Assembly: GCF_003790525.1 (NCBI RefSeq)
Contig: NZ_CP033635.1
DNA: 64,000 bases
Strand: one strand, 5' to 3'
From: Escherichia coli
GTDB lineage: Bacteria > Pseudomonadota > Gammaproteobacteria > Enterobacterales > Enterobacteriaceae
Position 1 is the stretch's first letter. Each line of letters opens with the position of its first letter. The notes below the pieces were generated by a model. That model made no database searches and was not told the origin of the DNA. It worked only from the letters and a program-made list of their open reading frames with translations. This document shows positions 1 through 12,720 of this stretch, piece by piece. Made by a program: the position numbers and the translations under genes.

Positions 1-507
1 GTAGCGCAAATGGAACCCTTCTTTTGCTTCGATCACCTGTTGGTCGGCACGCCAGCCAGCGGCAGCGGAGCAGGTTATTGGTTGGCCGATAATCTCTTCC
101 AGGGTACGAAGGCCTCGTGCAATATCGTCGACCATCGTTTGCCGATCCCAGTTGCCGCTATGGGCTTGCCAGGCGTGGTGATCCCAGGCGTGCAGGCCGA
201 CTTCGTGGTATTTAGCCGCTTCACGAATGATATCGGCATTGGCATGACCAATCTCTTTACCTGGCCAGGCCGTACCTGCCAGTAAAATATCCCAGCCATA
301 AAGCGATGCCGCGTTTGAGCGCAGCATCTTCCACAAAAACTGTGGCTTCACCAGTCGCCAGAGATGGCGGCCCATATTGTCCGGGCCGACGCTGAAAAAA
401 ATGCTGGCCTGAATATTATGCTTACTCAAGATTTCCAGCAGACGCGGCACGCCTTCACGGGTGCCACGAAAGGTATCGACATCAATGCGTAAGCCGACTT
501 TGGTCAT
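1..507 (-). CDS. arnD: ArnD, 4-deoxy-4-formamido-L-arabinose-phosphoundecaprenol deformylase; N-terminal part only, C-terminus lies beyond the window edge
   Basis: Minus-strand frame opens at ATG 505-507 ([12 protein letters not shown]...) and stays open to position 1, reading ...[10 protein letters not shown] at the edge. Start overlaps the arnA stop in an ATGA arrangement. Not in the ORF track because it is open at the window edge. Confidence 0.85.
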   Translation of the reverse strand, partial: MTKVGLRIDVDTFRGTREGVPRLLEILSKHNIQASIFFSVGPDNMGRHLWRLVKPQFLWKMLRSNAASLYGWDILLAGTAWPGKEIGHANADIIREAAKYHEVGLHAWDHHAWQAHSGNWDRQTMVDDIARGLRTLEEIIGQPITCSAAAGWRADQQVIEAKEGFHLRY

Positions 508-2485
508 GATGGTTTATCCGTAAGATCAACGGTGCGCAGGAAGAAATCCAGCGTTTCGTCGATGGTTTCCTGCATATCAATTTTCGGTTCCCAGTCCAGG
601 CAGCGGCGGGCATTGCGGATGCTCGGTTTACGATGCTCTACGTCCTGATATCCTTTGCCGTAGTAGCTGCTACTTTCGACAACACGAAAGCCCGCAAACG
701 GTGGGAAGTAATGGCGCAGCGGATGTTTTTCGAAGCTCGCCAGCAGCATCTCCCCCAGTTCTTCAATGCTCGCTTCGTTCTCAGGATTGCCAATGTTGAT
801 AATTTCGCCATCGCAGCGATTTCCCGCATTTTCGATAATGCGGTATAACGCCTCGATACCATCCCGAATATCAGTAAAGCAGCGTTTTTGTTTTCCGCCA
901 TCAATCAGCTTAATCGGTGAACCTTCTACCAGATTGAGAATGAGTTGCGTAATAGCGCGGGAGCTGCCAATTCGCGCTGCATTAAGGTTATCCAGTCGTG
1001 GCCCCATCCAGTTAAACGGGCGGAAGAGGGTGAACTGTAAACCTTCTTTTTCGCCATAGGCCCAGATCACTCGATCAAGTAATTGTTTAGACACCGAATA
1101 AATCCAGCGTGGTTTATTCACCGGGCCGACGATTAAATTAGAATGGTCCTCATCGAAGTATTTATCGCTACACATCCCATAAACTTCTGAAGTCGACGGG
1201 AAGATGATTCGCTTACGGTACTTCACGCAGTAGCGGATAATGCGCAGATTCTCTTCGAAATCGAGTTCAAATACGCGCAGCGGGTTGCGGGTATATTCAA
1301 TCGGCGTGGCTATCGCCACCAAAGGCAAGACGACATCACATTTTTTGACGTGATACTCAATCCATTCGGAATGAATACTGATATCGCCTTCGACAAAGTG
1401 AAAATGCGGATGATTCAGAAAACGGCTTATCGCATCGCTGCCAATATCCAGACCGTAAACTTCATAATGATCTTCGCGCAGCAGGCGTTCTGTCAGATGG
1501 TTGCCAATAAAGCCATTCACCCCGAGGATGAGTACCCGGGTACGGCGTCGGGCGGCACAGGCAGGCTGGCTATTCAAGCGTGAACCTTGCACCAGGCCCA
1601 GCGTCTGCGCTAATTGCGAGCCCTGCATAGTAATGCCGCCGCCCGCCTGTCCAGTGACGATTTCCAGCGCGCCATCGCCACAGGCAATCAGCAGTGGCGC
1701 AACAGAAATCACGCTCCCCGGTTGTGCTGCGGGCGCATGAGAATGTACGCGTGACGACCAGACGGTAAATTTTTGATTACCAACATAGCTGAAGGCACCC
1801 GGCCACGGATCGGCGACTGCACGCACCATGTTATGCAATACTGCTGCCGATTTGTGCCACTCGAGGAAGCTGTCTTCTGGCGTTCTGCGACCAAAACAGG
1901 TGGCTTCGTTTTCGCACTGGGCGATTTCCAGAATATTACCGTCTTTAATGGCGGGTAATGTCTGCTCCAGTAGCTGTCGCGCGGCATGGCATAACTTATG
2001 ATGCAGCGTAATGGCGATATCGTCTGGCGCAATGGCAATGCGCAGTTGGGCTACAATGGCCCCAGCATCGGCACGTTTCACCATTCGGTGCAATGTCACG
2101 CCAGTTTCCGTTTCACCGTTCACCAGCACCCAGTTCAGCGGCGCGCGACCACGATATTTTGGTAACAGTGAACCATGCAGATTAAATGCGCCTGCAGGAG
2201 CGAGCTGCAAAATCTTGTCGTGAATAAGATGGCGATAATAAAAAGAGAAAATCACATCTGGTGATAGTTGGGCAATGCGTTCCACCCACAGCGGATGGTT
2301 AACGTCATCCGGCGCATAAACCGGAATGCCTCTTTCCGCTGCCAGACGAGCCACCGAACCATAAAAGGCTTTTTCACCGGGATTATCAGTATGGGTAAAA
2401 ATGGCGCTAATTTCGTAACCGGCAGCCAGCAGGGCTTCAATACCGAGGCATCCCATATCGTGGTAGGCAAAAACGACGGTTTTCA

Positions 2486-2486
<1 letters not shown>
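504..2486 (-). CDS. arnA: ArnA, bifunctional UDP-glucuronate decarboxylase / UDP-Ara4N formyltransferase
   Basis: 660-aa ORF with N-terminal formyltransferase domain and C-terminal NAD-dependent dehydrogenase/decarboxylase domain; length matches ArnA. Confidence 0.95.
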
Positions 2487-3457
<971 letters not shown>

Positions 3458-4630
3458 TTATTGTCCTGCGAGTTGCTGAAGGGCTGTGATGACGCGGTCG
3501 GCATCGGCGGTAGTCATATCCGGGAACAGCGGCAACGAACAGATGCGTTCGCTATTCCATTCGGTATTCGGTAACGACAGCGTGGGAAAACGCTCGCGAT
3601 AATATTTTTGTGTGTGAGCGGCGCGGAAATGTAACCCGGTACCAATACCTCTTTCTTTTAACGCTTCCATCAACGCATCGCGACTGATACCACAACGTTG
3701 TTCATCGACACGAATAATAAACAGATGCCAGGCGTGAACGTGCGGCCAGGCGGGAAGGCTTAATGGCTGAAAGGGGAGAGCTGCCAGTGCTTGCTGATAT
3801 TGCTGGGCAATTTCGCGCCGACGGGTGTTGAGGTGCTCTAATTTTGCTAACTGTGTCAGGGCAATCGCGGCGTTAATATCGGTCAGATTGTACTTATAGC
3901 CCGGTGTTAAGACTTCAGCTTGCGGTGCACGGCCCCAGGTTTGTCTGTCATAGGCATCGACACCCAGACCGTGAAATTTCAGCATCCGTAGCTGGCGGGC
4001 AAGGTTTTCATTATCAGTTACAATCAGGCCACCTTCAGCACAGGTAATATTTTTAATGGCATGAAATGAAAAAATAGCGGTACCTTTTGCGCCAATATGT
4101 CGCCCTTTGTAATACGTACCGACGGCATGGGCAGCATCTTCGATAACTGCGATGCCGTAACGTTCGCCAATGGCGCGAATGGCGTCAATATCTGCTGGCG
4201 CACCGGCATAATGCACCGGAATGATGGCTTTAGTGCGTGGCGTAATGGCTGACTCGATCGCTTCAGGCGTGACCATCAGCGTATCGCGGTCGACATCCAC
4301 CATTACCGGCGTTGCACCCAACAAGGAGATCATATTGAGGGTTGAAACCCAGGTCAGGGAAGGCGTAATCACTTCATCGCCCTTGCCTATTTCCAACGCC
4401 ATTAGCGTGATATGCATTCCGGCGGTGGCTGAACTGACCGCGATGGCATGCTGATTTCCCGTCAACTGGCAAAAGGCTTGTTCAAGCGCCTGATTCTTCG
4501 GACCGGTTGTGATCCAACCGGATTCGAGAACCTCTTTAACTGCAGCGAGTTCCTCCACGCCCATTGCTGGTCGCGAAAAAGGCAAAAATTCTGACATTGC
4601 TTTTCCTTCCGCCATTGAATACCTGTCCAC
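3458..4630 (-). CDS. arnB: ArnB, UDP-4-amino-4-deoxy-L-arabinose--oxoglutarate aminotransferase (PLP-dependent, DegT family)
   Basis: 390-aa ORF of the DegT/ArnB aminotransferase family. The true start may be an internal Met (M6 or M12 of the ORF), giving about 385 or 379 aa. Confidence 0.9.
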
Positions 4631-4695
4631 TTATATTTGCTATAAAGAGTGTTGTGTATATTTTGCCATTTGGAGCAAAATTTTAAGGATAGAAT

Positions 4696-4712
4696 ATTAA
4701 CTTAACCTTAAG
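4696..4712 (-). promoter_or_regulatory. PmrA (BasR) box in the arnB promoter region
   Basis: Minus strand reads CTTAAG-GTTAA-GTTAAT, matching the PmrA direct-repeat consensus YTTAAK-N5-YTTAAK, about 66 bp upstream of the arnB start. Confidence 0.7.
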
Positions 4713-4904
4713 AAACTAATATTAGACGTAAATATTGAAATTTTTATATTTTTTCTTATTTAGGCTTTGCATTTGGCAAAATTTTGAGGCATTTTGCCGG
4801 CATCGCAGGATTTTTAATATTACACCAACTGCTAATTATCGCCAGAAATGTCGCTCAATTTCACGGTAATTGTCTGGTTGCGCTTGTCTATAGGTGGAGT
4901 TTAC

Positions 4905-5507
4905 GTGTTAGCTTTTTGCCGCTCTTCGTTGAAGTCAAAAAAATATTTCATCATTTTACTGGCGCTCGCTGCAATTGCCGGACTGGGTACTCATGCCGCC
5001 TGGAGTAGCAATGGTTTGCCACGTATCGACAATAAAACGCTGGCCAGACTGGCACAGCAGCACCCGGTTGTCGTTTTGTTTCGCCATGCTGAACGTTGCG
5101 ATCGTTCAACCAATCAATGCTTGTCAGATAAAACAGGTATTACGGTCAAAGGTACCCAGGATGCCCGTGAACTGGGCAACGCTTTTAGTGCTGATATCCC
5201 TGATTTCGATCTTTATTCCAGTAATACCGTCCGGACCATTCAGTCGGCGACCTGGTTTTCAGCGGGTAAAAAATTGACGGTAGATAAACGACTTCTTCAA
5301 TGCGGTAATGAGATTTATAGTGCAATTAAGGACTTACAAAGCAAAGCACCTGATAAAAATATCGTTATTTTTACCCATAATCATTGCCTGACATATATTG
5401 CTAAAGATAAGCGTGATGCGACATTTAAACCTGATTATCTGGATGGTTTAGTCATGCATGTGGAAAAAGGCAAAGTTTATCTGGATGGGGAATTCGTTAA
5501 CCACTAA
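4905..5507 (+). CDS. ais: Ais, aluminium-inducible putative LPS core heptose(II)-phosphate phosphatase
   Basis: ORF 4848-5507 contains the Ais sequence (…[19 protein letters not shown]…EFVNH). Start placed at GTG 4905 to give the 200-aa form; signal peptide and histidine-phosphatase RHAER motif present. Confidence 0.85.
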   Translation: MLAFCRSSLKSKKYFIILLALAAIAGLGTHAAWSSNGLPRIDNKTLARLAQQHPVVVLFRHAERCDRSTNQCLSDKTGITVKGTQDARELGNAFSADIPDFDLYSSNTVRTIQSATWFSAGKKLTVDKRLLQCGNEIYSAIKDLQSKAPDKNIVIFTHNHCLTYIAKDKRDATFKPDYLDGLVMHVEKGKVYLDGEFVNH

Positions 5508-5519
5508 ATTTTCAATCTG

Positions 5520-5539
5520 ACAGCCAGTAATGGCTGTCA
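5520..5539. terminator. Hairpin between convergent ais and nudI; candidate bidirectional terminator
   Basis: gacagcca-gtaa-tggctgtc perfect 8-bp stem between the two convergent stops. Confidence 0.5.
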
Positions 5540-5545
5540 TCATTG

Positions 5546-5971
5546 TTACAGAAGACCTTTCAAACGTAACGTTTTTCGGGTGGCGACATTCAAATCATAG
5601 TGCACTAGATCTTCAGGTTTTACCCACGCGTAGTCCTGAAACTCTTCGTTTATTTTCACTTCTCGGTTGGCAGAAACGCAGTCAAAAATCAGGTAAATCA
5701 TATAAATCTCTTCCTTGCGACCATCTGCATACGTCTTGGTGCGAATATCATCGCTGAAGGTCCACGGCGTGATTTCTGTCAAAAGCAGCTGTTCTCCCAG
5801 TTCTTCGCGAATTTCGCGGCGTAGTGCCTCTTCAATTCGTTCGCCAGGCTCTACGCCGCCACCCGAAAGCGCCCATTGACCGGGGAAAACGCCGCGATCG
5901 TCGGCCATTTTACACAGCAAATAAGCACCATCATTTTGAATCAAAGGGCATACAATAGTCCGTTGTCGCAC
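5546..5971 (-). CDS. nudI: NudI, Nudix nucleoside triphosphatase
   Basis: 141-aa ORF with Nudix box ([24 protein letters not shown]). Confidence 0.9.
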   Translation of the reverse strand: MRQRTIVCPLIQNDGAYLLCKMADDRGVFPGQWALSGGGVEPGERIEEALRREIREELGEQLLLTEITPWTFSDDIRTKTYADGRKEEIYMIYLIFDCVSANREVKINEEFQDYAWVKPEDLVHYDLNVATRKTLRLKGLL

Positions 5972-6248
5972 AGGGGTATTCCTTATAAATAAAAAGAAAC
6001 CATGAGAATACGGTAACTCAGAAATATGTGAAAGTGACAGTAATCTCTTTTGCGATGATAACTGTACTTATTATTATTTTTGTGTGTATCGATAAAGTGT
6101 GTTTATTTTTGCGGCGTTTAATTATTTAAGAAGTATTTAGTTACAATAAGTGACTAGATCCCTTTTTTCGCTCATTGAATCCTCTGCGCCAGGCAGTACA
6201 ATCCCGCAGCTTTGGGAATTTTGATTAATTGCTTGTGGGAAAGGGGAT

Positions 6249-6791
6249 ATGAAAAAAATTGCGCTAGCAGGTCTGGCCGGAATGCTGTTGGTTTCTGCAT
6301 CGGTCAATGCAATGAGCATCAGCGGTCAGGCGGGTAAAGAATACACCAATATTGGTGTCGGTTTTGGGACTGAATCGACGGGCCTGGCGTTAAGCGGTAA
6401 CTGGACACATAACGACGACGACGGTGACGTCGCGGGCGTGGGGCTGGGGTTGAATCTGCCTCTCGGGCCGTTAATGGCGACCGTTGGCGGAAAAGGCGTT
6501 TACACCAACCCGAATTACGGCGATGAAGGTTATGCCGCAGCGGTAGGAGGTGGTTTGCAGTGGAAAATTGGCAACAGTTTCCGTCTGTTTGGCGAGTATT
6601 ATTACTCCCCGGATTCGCTCTCCAGCGGTATTCAAAGTTATGAGGAAGCGAATGCGGGCGCGCGTTACACCATTATGCGTCCAGTCAGTATTGAGGCGGG
6701 CTATCGCTACCTGAACCTTTCTGGTAAAGACGGTAACCGCGACAACGCCGTGGCTGACGGCCCGTATGTTGGGGTTAACGCCAGTTTCTGA
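6249..6791 (+). CDS. yfaZ: YfaZ, outer-membrane beta-barrel (porin-like) protein
   Basis: 180-aa ORF with signal peptide (…SASVNA) and C-terminal aromatic residue; length and sequence match YfaZ. Confidence 0.85.
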   Translation: MKKIALAGLAGMLLVSASVNAMSISGQAGKEYTNIGVGFGTESTGLALSGNWTHNDDDGDVAGVGLGLNLPLGPLMATVGGKGVYTNPNYGDEGYAAAVGGGLQWKIGNSFRLFGEYYYSPDSLSSGIQSYEEANAGARYTIMRPVSIEAGYRYLNLSGKDGNRDNAVADGPYVGVNASF

Positions 6792-6799
6792 TCCCTTCC

Positions 6800-6830
6800 G
6801 GCGCGGCATTCTGCCGCGCCATTCAGTTTC
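6800..6830 (+). terminator. Rho-independent terminator after yfaZ
   Basis: ggcgcggca-ttc-tgccgcgcc 9-bp GC-rich stem followed by a T-rich tract (attcagtttctt). Confidence 0.7.
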
Positions 6831-6890
6831 TTACTACGCCTTATCTCCCTTTGCGTTATAGTGATTCGATAACAAAAGCAGGAGATAACC

Positions 6891-8093
6891 ATGTTAAAAG
6901 TGGAAATGTTATCCACCGGGGATGAAGTGTTACACGGGCAAATCGTTGACACTAACGCTGCCTGGCTGGCCGATTTTTTCTTTCATCAGGGGTTGCCATT
7001 ATCTCGCCGCAATACGGTGGGGGATAACCTTGATGACTTAGTCACCATTCTTCGCGAACGGAGTCAGCACGCCGATGTGCTGATCGTTAACGGCGGGCTG
7101 GGGCCGACCAGTGATGATTTAAGCGCACTCGCCGCTGCGACAGCAAAAGGTGAAGGCCTGGTGTTGCATGAAGCCTGGCTCAAAGAGATGGAACGCTATT
7201 TCCACGAACGTGGACGAGTAATGGCACCGAGCAACCGTAAACAAGCGGAGCTACCTGCCAGTGCTGAATTTATCAATAACCCGGTAGGCACCGCCTGTGG
7301 TTTTGCCGTGCAGCTCAATCGTTGCCTGATGTTCTTTACCCCCGGCGTACCGTCAGAATTTAAGGTGATGGTCGAGCACGAAATCCTGCCGCGCCTGCGC
7401 GAGCGTTTTTCTTTACCGCAGCCGCCGGTTTGTCTGCGTTTAACTACCTTTGGTCGTTCGGAAAGCGATCTGGCGCAAAGCCTGGACTCCCTGCAACTGC
7501 CGCCGGGCGTAACAATGGGCTATCGCTCCTCAATGCCGATTATCGAACTGAAACTCACCGGACCGGCAAGCGAGGAACAGGCGATGGAAAAACTGTGGCT
7601 GGACGTTAAACGTGTTGCCGGACAGAGCGTGATTTTCGAAGGCACCGAAGGACTGCCCGCGCAGATCAGTCGCGAATTGCAGAGCCGCCAGTTCAGCCTG
7701 ACGTTGAGCGAGCAATTCACCGGTGGTTTATTGGCTTTGCAACTTTCTCGCGCAGGTGCTCCATTGCTGGCGTGTGAAGTGGTTCCTTCACAGGAAGAAA
7801 CCCTGGCGCAAACTGCGCACTGGATTACAGAACGGCGGGCCAACCATTTTGCCGGGCTGGCACTGGCTGTTTCGGGTTTCGAGAACGAGCATCTCAACTT
7901 TGCGCTAGCCACGCCAGACGGCACTTTCGCTCTGCGTGTGCGTTTCAGCACTACGCGCTACAGCCAGGCTATCCGTCAGGAAGTGTGCGCAATGATGGCA
8001 CTGAATATGCTGCGCCGTTGGTTAAACGACCAGGACATCGCCAGTGAGCATGGCTGGATTGAGGTTGTTGAGTCCATGACCTTATCTGTCTGA
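6891..8093 (+). CDS. yfaY: YfaY, CinA-like competence/damage-inducible protein (MoCF-binding domain)
   Basis: 400-aa ORF with CinA N-terminal domain (…ADVLIVNGGLGPTSDD…). Confidence 0.85.
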   Translation: MLKVEMLSTGDEVLHGQIVDTNAAWLADFFFHQGLPLSRRNTVGDNLDDLVTILRERSQHADVLIVNGGLGPTSDDLSALAAATAKGEGLVLHEAWLKEMERYFHERGRVMAPSNRKQAELPASAEFINNPVGTACGFAVQLNRCLMFFTPGVPSEFKVMVEHEILPRLRERFSLPQPPVCLRLTTFGRSESDLAQSLDSLQLPPGVTMGYRSSMPIIELKLTGPASEEQAMEKLWLDVKRVAGQSVIFEGTEGLPAQISRELQSRQFSLTLSEQFTGGLLALQLSRAGAPLLACEVVPSQEETLAQTAHWITERRANHFAGLALAVSGFENEHLNFALATPDGTFALRVRFSTTRYSQAIRQEVCAMMALNMLRRWLNDQDIASEHGWIEVVESMTLSV

Positions 8094-8312
8094 TTCCGCC
8101 ACTCTGTGCCGGTTTACTGCACCGGCACATTCCCCCTCCGGCAAAATTTGTCCAACCTGTTGTACTCAATAAGAAAAAATCCGTGCGCTAATTCACAAAT
8201 TTGTGCGTAATTTCTCCAGTCCGCTGGACGAGGAGCGGGATTTGATGCGCTTCACAATTTTACTCCCCCTGAGCAACGAGACTGATTCCAGTATCTAAGA
8301 CTGGAGTCCAGT

Positions 8313-9095
8313 ATGTTGGAATCAAGCAAAGTTCCCGCCCTGACACGGGCTATTGATATTCTCAATTTGATTGCCCGCATTGGCCCCTGTAGTGCTGCGA
8401 CGATCATTGACACATTGGGGATCCCTAAAAGCACGGCCTATTTGCTGCTTAATGAACTCAGGCGTCAGCGTTTTCTTAGCCTTGATCACCAGGAAAATTT
8501 TTGTTTGTGGACCAGGCTGGTGGAGCTTTCCGGTCATGCGTTAAGCAAGATGGATCTCCGGGAACTGGCTCGACCGCGTTTGACGCAACTGATGGATACC
8601 ACCGGGCTGTTATGTCACCTGGGGATTATTGATAACGGCAGCGCTTATTACATTTTGAAAGTGGAGTCATCAGCCACTATCAGCGTGCGTTCCCATGAAG
8701 GAAAAAGCCTTTCGCTTTATCGCTCCGGAATAGGTAAATGCCTGCTTGCCTGGCAACCTGCAGCTGTACAGCAAAGTATTATCGAAGGGCTGATCTGGGA
8801 GCAGGCGACACCCACAACGATTACTCATCCACAGCAACTTCACGAAGAACTGGCGCGTATTCGCCGTCAGGGCTGGAGCTATGACAACGGCGAAGATTAC
8901 GCCGATGTCCGTTGTGTCGCTGCGCCGGTTTTTAACGCCAATAACGAGCTTACCGCTGCGATCTCGGTGGTCGGTACCCGCTTACAAATCAATGAAGAAT
9001 ACCGTGATTATCTGGCGGGCAAGGCCATTGCCTGCGCCAGGGATATTTCACGTCTGTTGGGATGGAAAAGTCCCTTTGACTTACAGGCCTCATAA
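8313..9095 (+). CDS. rhmR: RhmR, IclR-family transcriptional regulator of the L-rhamnonate operon
   Basis: 260-aa ORF with IclR-type HTH plus effector domain, immediately upstream of rhmD-rhmT-rhmA. Confidence 0.85.
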   Translation: MLESSKVPALTRAIDILNLIARIGPCSAATIIDTLGIPKSTAYLLLNELRRQRFLSLDHQENFCLWTRLVELSGHALSKMDLRELARPRLTQLMDTTGLLCHLGIIDNGSAYYILKVESSATISVRSHEGKSLSLYRSGIGKCLLAWQPAAVQQSIIEGLIWEQATPTTITHPQQLHEELARIRRQGWSYDNGEDYADVRCVAAPVFNANNELTAAISVVGTRLQINEEYRDYLAGKAIACARDISRLLGWKSPFDLQAS

Positions 9096-9109
9096 CAATG
9101 GAGAACAGC

Positions 9110-10315
9110 ATGACCCTACCAAAAATCAAACAGGTTCGCGCCTGGTTTACTGGCGGTGCGACAGCAGAAAAAGGCGCTGGCGGTGGTGATTATCACGACC
9201 AGGGGGCGAATCACTGGATTGACGATCATATTGCCACCCCGATGAGTAAATACCGCGATTACGAGCAGTCACGCCAGTCATTTGGCATTAACGTTCTTGG
9301 CACGTTGATTGTTGAAGTCGAAGCAGAAAACGGCCAGACCGGATTCGCCGTTTCGACAGCCGGTGAAATGGGCTGTTTTATTGTCGAAAAACACCTTAAC
9401 CGTTTCATTGAGGGTAAATGTGTCAGTGATATCAAACTGATCCACGATCAAATGCTCAATGCCACCCTGTATTACTCCGGCTCTGGTGGCCTGGTGATGA
9501 ATACGATTTCCTGTGTCGATCTGGCTCTGTGGGATCTGTTCGGCAAAGTGGTCGGGCTTCCGGTTTATAAACTTTTAGGCGGCGCAGTTCGTGATGAGAT
9601 TCAGTTCTACGCCACAGGTGCGCGTCCGGATCTGGCAAAAGAGATGGGCTTTATCGGTGGCAAAATGCCGACGCACTGGGGGCCACATGATGGCGATGCG
9701 GGGATCCGCAAAGATGCCGCTATGGTCGCGGATATGCGTGAAAAATGCGGTGAGGATTTCTGGTTAATGCTCGACTGCTGGATGAGTCAGGACGTGAACT
9801 ATGCCACCAAACTGGCCCACGCTTGCGCGCCCTATAACCTGAAATGGATCGAAGAGTGCCTGCCGCCACAGCAGTATGAAGGTTATCGCGAACTGAAACG
9901 CAACGCACCAGCGGGGATGATGGTCACCAGCGGTGAGCACCACGGCACATTGCAATCTTTCCGTACGCTTTCAGAAACCGGTATCGACATTATGCAGCCG
10001 GATGTTGGCTGGTGCGGTGGCTTAACCACGCTGGTGGAAATTGCCGCAATCGCCAAATCCAGGGGGCAACTGGTGGTGCCGCACGGTTCGTCTGTTTACT
10101 CCCACCATGCGGTGATCACCTTCACCAATACGCCATTCAGTGAATTCCTGATGACCAGCCCGGATTGTTCAACGATGCGTCCGCAATTTGATCCGATTCT
10201 GCTTAATGAGCCGGTTCCGGTGAATGGTCGTATTCATAAATCAGTGCTTGATAAACCCGGTTTCGGCGTTGAACTCAATCGTGACTGCAATTTGAAACGC
10301 CCCTACAGCCACTAA
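9110..10315 (+). CDS. rhmD: RhmD, L-rhamnonate dehydratase (enolase superfamily)
   Basis: ORF 9098-10315. Start preferred at ATG 9110 ([13 protein letters not shown]…), which has a GGAGA Shine-Dalgarno 5 nt upstream and gives about 401 aa. Confidence 0.85.
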   Translation: MTLPKIKQVRAWFTGGATAEKGAGGGDYHDQGANHWIDDHIATPMSKYRDYEQSRQSFGINVLGTLIVEVEAENGQTGFAVSTAGEMGCFIVEKHLNRFIEGKCVSDIKLIHDQMLNATLYYSGSGGLVMNTISCVDLALWDLFGKVVGLPVYKLLGGAVRDEIQFYATGARPDLAKEMGFIGGKMPTHWGPHDGDAGIRKDAAMVADMREKCGEDFWLMLDCWMSQDVNYATKLAHACAPYNLKWIEECLPPQQYEGYRELKRNAPAGMMVTSGEHHGTLQSFRTLSETGIDIMQPDVGWCGGLTTLVEIAAIAKSRGQLVVPHGSSVYSHHAVITFTNTPFSEFLMTSPDCSTMRPQFDPILLNEPVPVNGRIHKSVLDKPGFGVELNRDCNLKRPYSH

Positions 10316-10371
10316 TCACTCCGGGCGTTGCTGTGACAACGGTAACGCCCACATATTCTAAGGAGCTTTTT

Positions 10372-11661
10372 ATGAGCACCGCTTTGCTTGACGCCGTGGT
10401 GAAGAAAAACCGCGCGCGTTTAATTCCGTTTATGTTGGCGCTGTATGTGCTGGCGTTTCTCGACCGTTCGAATATTGGTTTTGCCAAACAGACCTACCAG
10501 ATTGATACCGGGCTGAGTAATGAAGCTTATGCGCTGGGAGCAGGCATTTTCTTTGTGGTATACGCGTTTCTGGGGGTTCCGGCGAATCTTTTGATGCGCA
10601 AACTGGGGGCAAGAACCTGGATTGGTACGACAACACTGCTGTGGGGATTTCTTTCGGCTGCCATGGCATGGGCCGATACTGAAGCGAAATTTCTGATTGT
10701 TCGCACTCTGCTTGGTGCTGCGGAGGCTGGGTTTTTCCCTGGTATGATTTATCTCACCTCGCAATGGTTTCCGCAGCGTAATCGCGCCAGCATTATGGGG
10801 CTGTTCTATATGGGCGCACCGCTGGCGTTAACACTGGGATCACCGCTTTCTGGCGCGCTGCTGGAGATGCATGGATTTATGGGGCATCCCGGCTGGTTCT
10901 GGATGTTTGTTATTGAAGGATTGTTGGCAGTCGGCGCTGGGGTATTCACATTCTTTTGGCTTGATGACACACCGGAGCAGGCACGTTTTCTGAGTAAAGA
11001 AGAAAAAACGTTGCTTATCAACCAACTGGCAAGTGAAGAACAACAGAAAGTGACTTCCCGACTGAGCGATGCGCTGCGTAATGGGCGAGTCTGGCAACTG
11101 GCGATTATCTACCTGACCATTCAGGTAGCGGTTTACGGATTAATTTTCTTCCTGCCGACCCAGGTTGCTGCATTGCTGGGGACAAAAGTGGGCTTTACGG
11201 CGTCGGTGGTCACCGCCATTCCGTGGGTTGCGGCCTTGTTTGGAACCTGGCTTATTCCGCGCTATTCCGATAAAACCGGCGAACGGCGTAATGTCGCAGC
11301 GCTGACATTACTGGCGGCGGGCATTGGTATTGGTCTGTCCGGGCTGCTTTCTCCAGTACTGGCGATCGTAGCGCTGTGTGTTGCAGCCATCGGGTTTATT
11401 GCCGTGCAGCCGGTGTTCTGGACGATGCCGACACAACTGCTTTCCGGTACGGCGCTGGCTGCGGGGATTGGTTTTGTAAACCTGTTTGGTGCAGTGGGCG
11501 GGTTTATTGCCCCGATCCTGCGCGTGAAAGCAGAAACGTTATTTTCCAGCGATGCGGCGGGATTACTGACGCTGGCAGCGGTGGCGGTCATCGGTTCGCT
11601 GATTATTTTCACTCTGCGTGTAAATCGCACTGTTGCGCAGACCGACGTGGCACATCATTAA
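10372..11661 (+). CDS. rhmT: RhmT, MFS (ACS-family) L-rhamnonate transporter
   Basis: ORF 10333-11661. Start placed at ATG 10372 ([10 protein letters not shown]…) preceded by AAGGAG; 12-TM MFS protein. Confidence 0.85.
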
Positions 11662-11678
11662 ATAGGTTAAGGAACACG

Positions 11679-12482
11679 ATGAACGCATTATTAAGCAATC
11701 CCTTTAAAGAACGTTTACGCAAGGGCGAAGTGCAAATTGGTCTGTGGTTAAGCTCGACTACTTCTTATATGGCAGAAATTGCCGCCACCTCCGGTTATGA
11801 CTGGTTGCTGATTGACGGGGAGCACGCGCCAAACACCATTCAGGATCTTTATCACCAGCTACAGGCGGTAGCGCCCTATGCCAGCCAACCCGTGATCCGT
11901 CCGGTGGAAGCCAGTAAGTCGCTGATTAAACAAGTCCTGGATATTGGCGCGCAAACTCTACTGATCCCGATGGTCGATACTGCCGATCAGGCACGTCAGG
12001 TGGTGTCTGCCACGCGCTATCCTCCCTACGGTGAGCGTGGTGTTGGGGCCAGTGTGGCACGGGCTGCTCGCTGGGGACGCATTGAGAATTACATGGCGCA
12101 CGTCAACGATTCGCTTTGTCTGTTGGTGCAGGTGGAAAGTAAGACGGCACTGGATAACCTGGACGAAATCCTCGGCGTCGAAGGAATTGATGGCGTGTTT
12201 ATTGGACCTGCGGATCTTTCTGCCTCGTTGGGCTACCCGGATAACGCCGGGCACCCGGAAGTGCAGCGAATTATTGAAACCAGCATTCGGCGGATCCGTG
12301 CTGCGGGTAAAGCTGCTGGTTTTCTGGCTGTGGCTCCTGATATGGCGCAGCAATGCCTGGCGTGGGGAGCGAACTTTGTCGCTGTTGGCGTTGACACGAT
12401 GCTCTACAGCGATGCCCTGGATCAACGACTGGCGATGTTTAAATCAGGCAAAAATGGGCCACGCGTAAAAGGTAGTTATTGA
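11679..12482 (+). CDS. rhmA: RhmA, 2-keto-3-deoxy-L-rhamnonate aldolase (HpcH/HpaI family)
   Basis: Track ORF 11376-12482 is an over-extended frame. The real start is ATG 11679 ([24 protein letters not shown]…), giving 267 aa. Confidence 0.85.
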
Positions 12483-12488
12483 TATCAA

Positions 12489-12516
12489 AGGCCCATGGGG
12501 ATCGGCTGTGGGCCTG
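12489..12516. terminator. Hairpin between convergent rhmA and ypaA
   Basis: aggccca…tgggcct inverted repeat just after the rhmA stop. Confidence 0.45.
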
Positions 12517-12522
12517 TGTTAA

Positions 12523-12708
12523 TTAGTGGTTATTCGCTGCCAGATCGGCTTCGCTTAGCTGAGTGGCCGCGAGCACCTGGTCACGATCAATGCCCTGTTC
12601 CAGCATGCGCAAGGCAATTTTAATGGCTTGTTCATGCATGCCTTCTAATTTACCCTCCTGCCAGCCAATTTGGTGTCCTTCCTGCCGTAGCCGTTCAGCA
12701 ATAGTCAT
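12523..12708 (-). CDS. ypaA: YpaA, small Rpn C-terminal-domain protein (stand-alone copy of the rpnB 3-prime module)
   Basis: 61-aa ORF ([39 protein letters not shown]…) near-identical to the C-terminal region of the adjacent rpnB. About 190 bp of DNA is a direct repeat of the rpnB 3-prime end, including the AAGGAGAG Shine-Dalgarno. Confidence 0.8.
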   Translation of the reverse strand: MTIAERLRQEGHQIGWQEGKLEGMHEQAIKIALRMLEQGIDRDQVLAATQLSEADLAANNH

Positions 12709-12720
12709 TAATCTCTCCTT

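Noticed and set aside
4975-5277. 100-aa alternative-frame ORF within ais
   Set aside because: Overlaps ais in a different frame; no RBS and a hydrophobic low-complexity translation.
8094-8312. Possible RhmR operator (ccagtatctaagactgg inverted repeat) upstream of rhmR
   Set aside because: A single short inverted repeat with no second copy or comparative support visible here; too weak to call as a feature.
11376-11678. 5-prime extension of the rhmA ORF in the track ([13 protein letters not shown]…)
   Set aside because: The extension overlaps the rhmT 3-prime end in another frame; the conserved aldolase N-terminus begins at ATG 11679, which has proper spacing after the rhmT stop.
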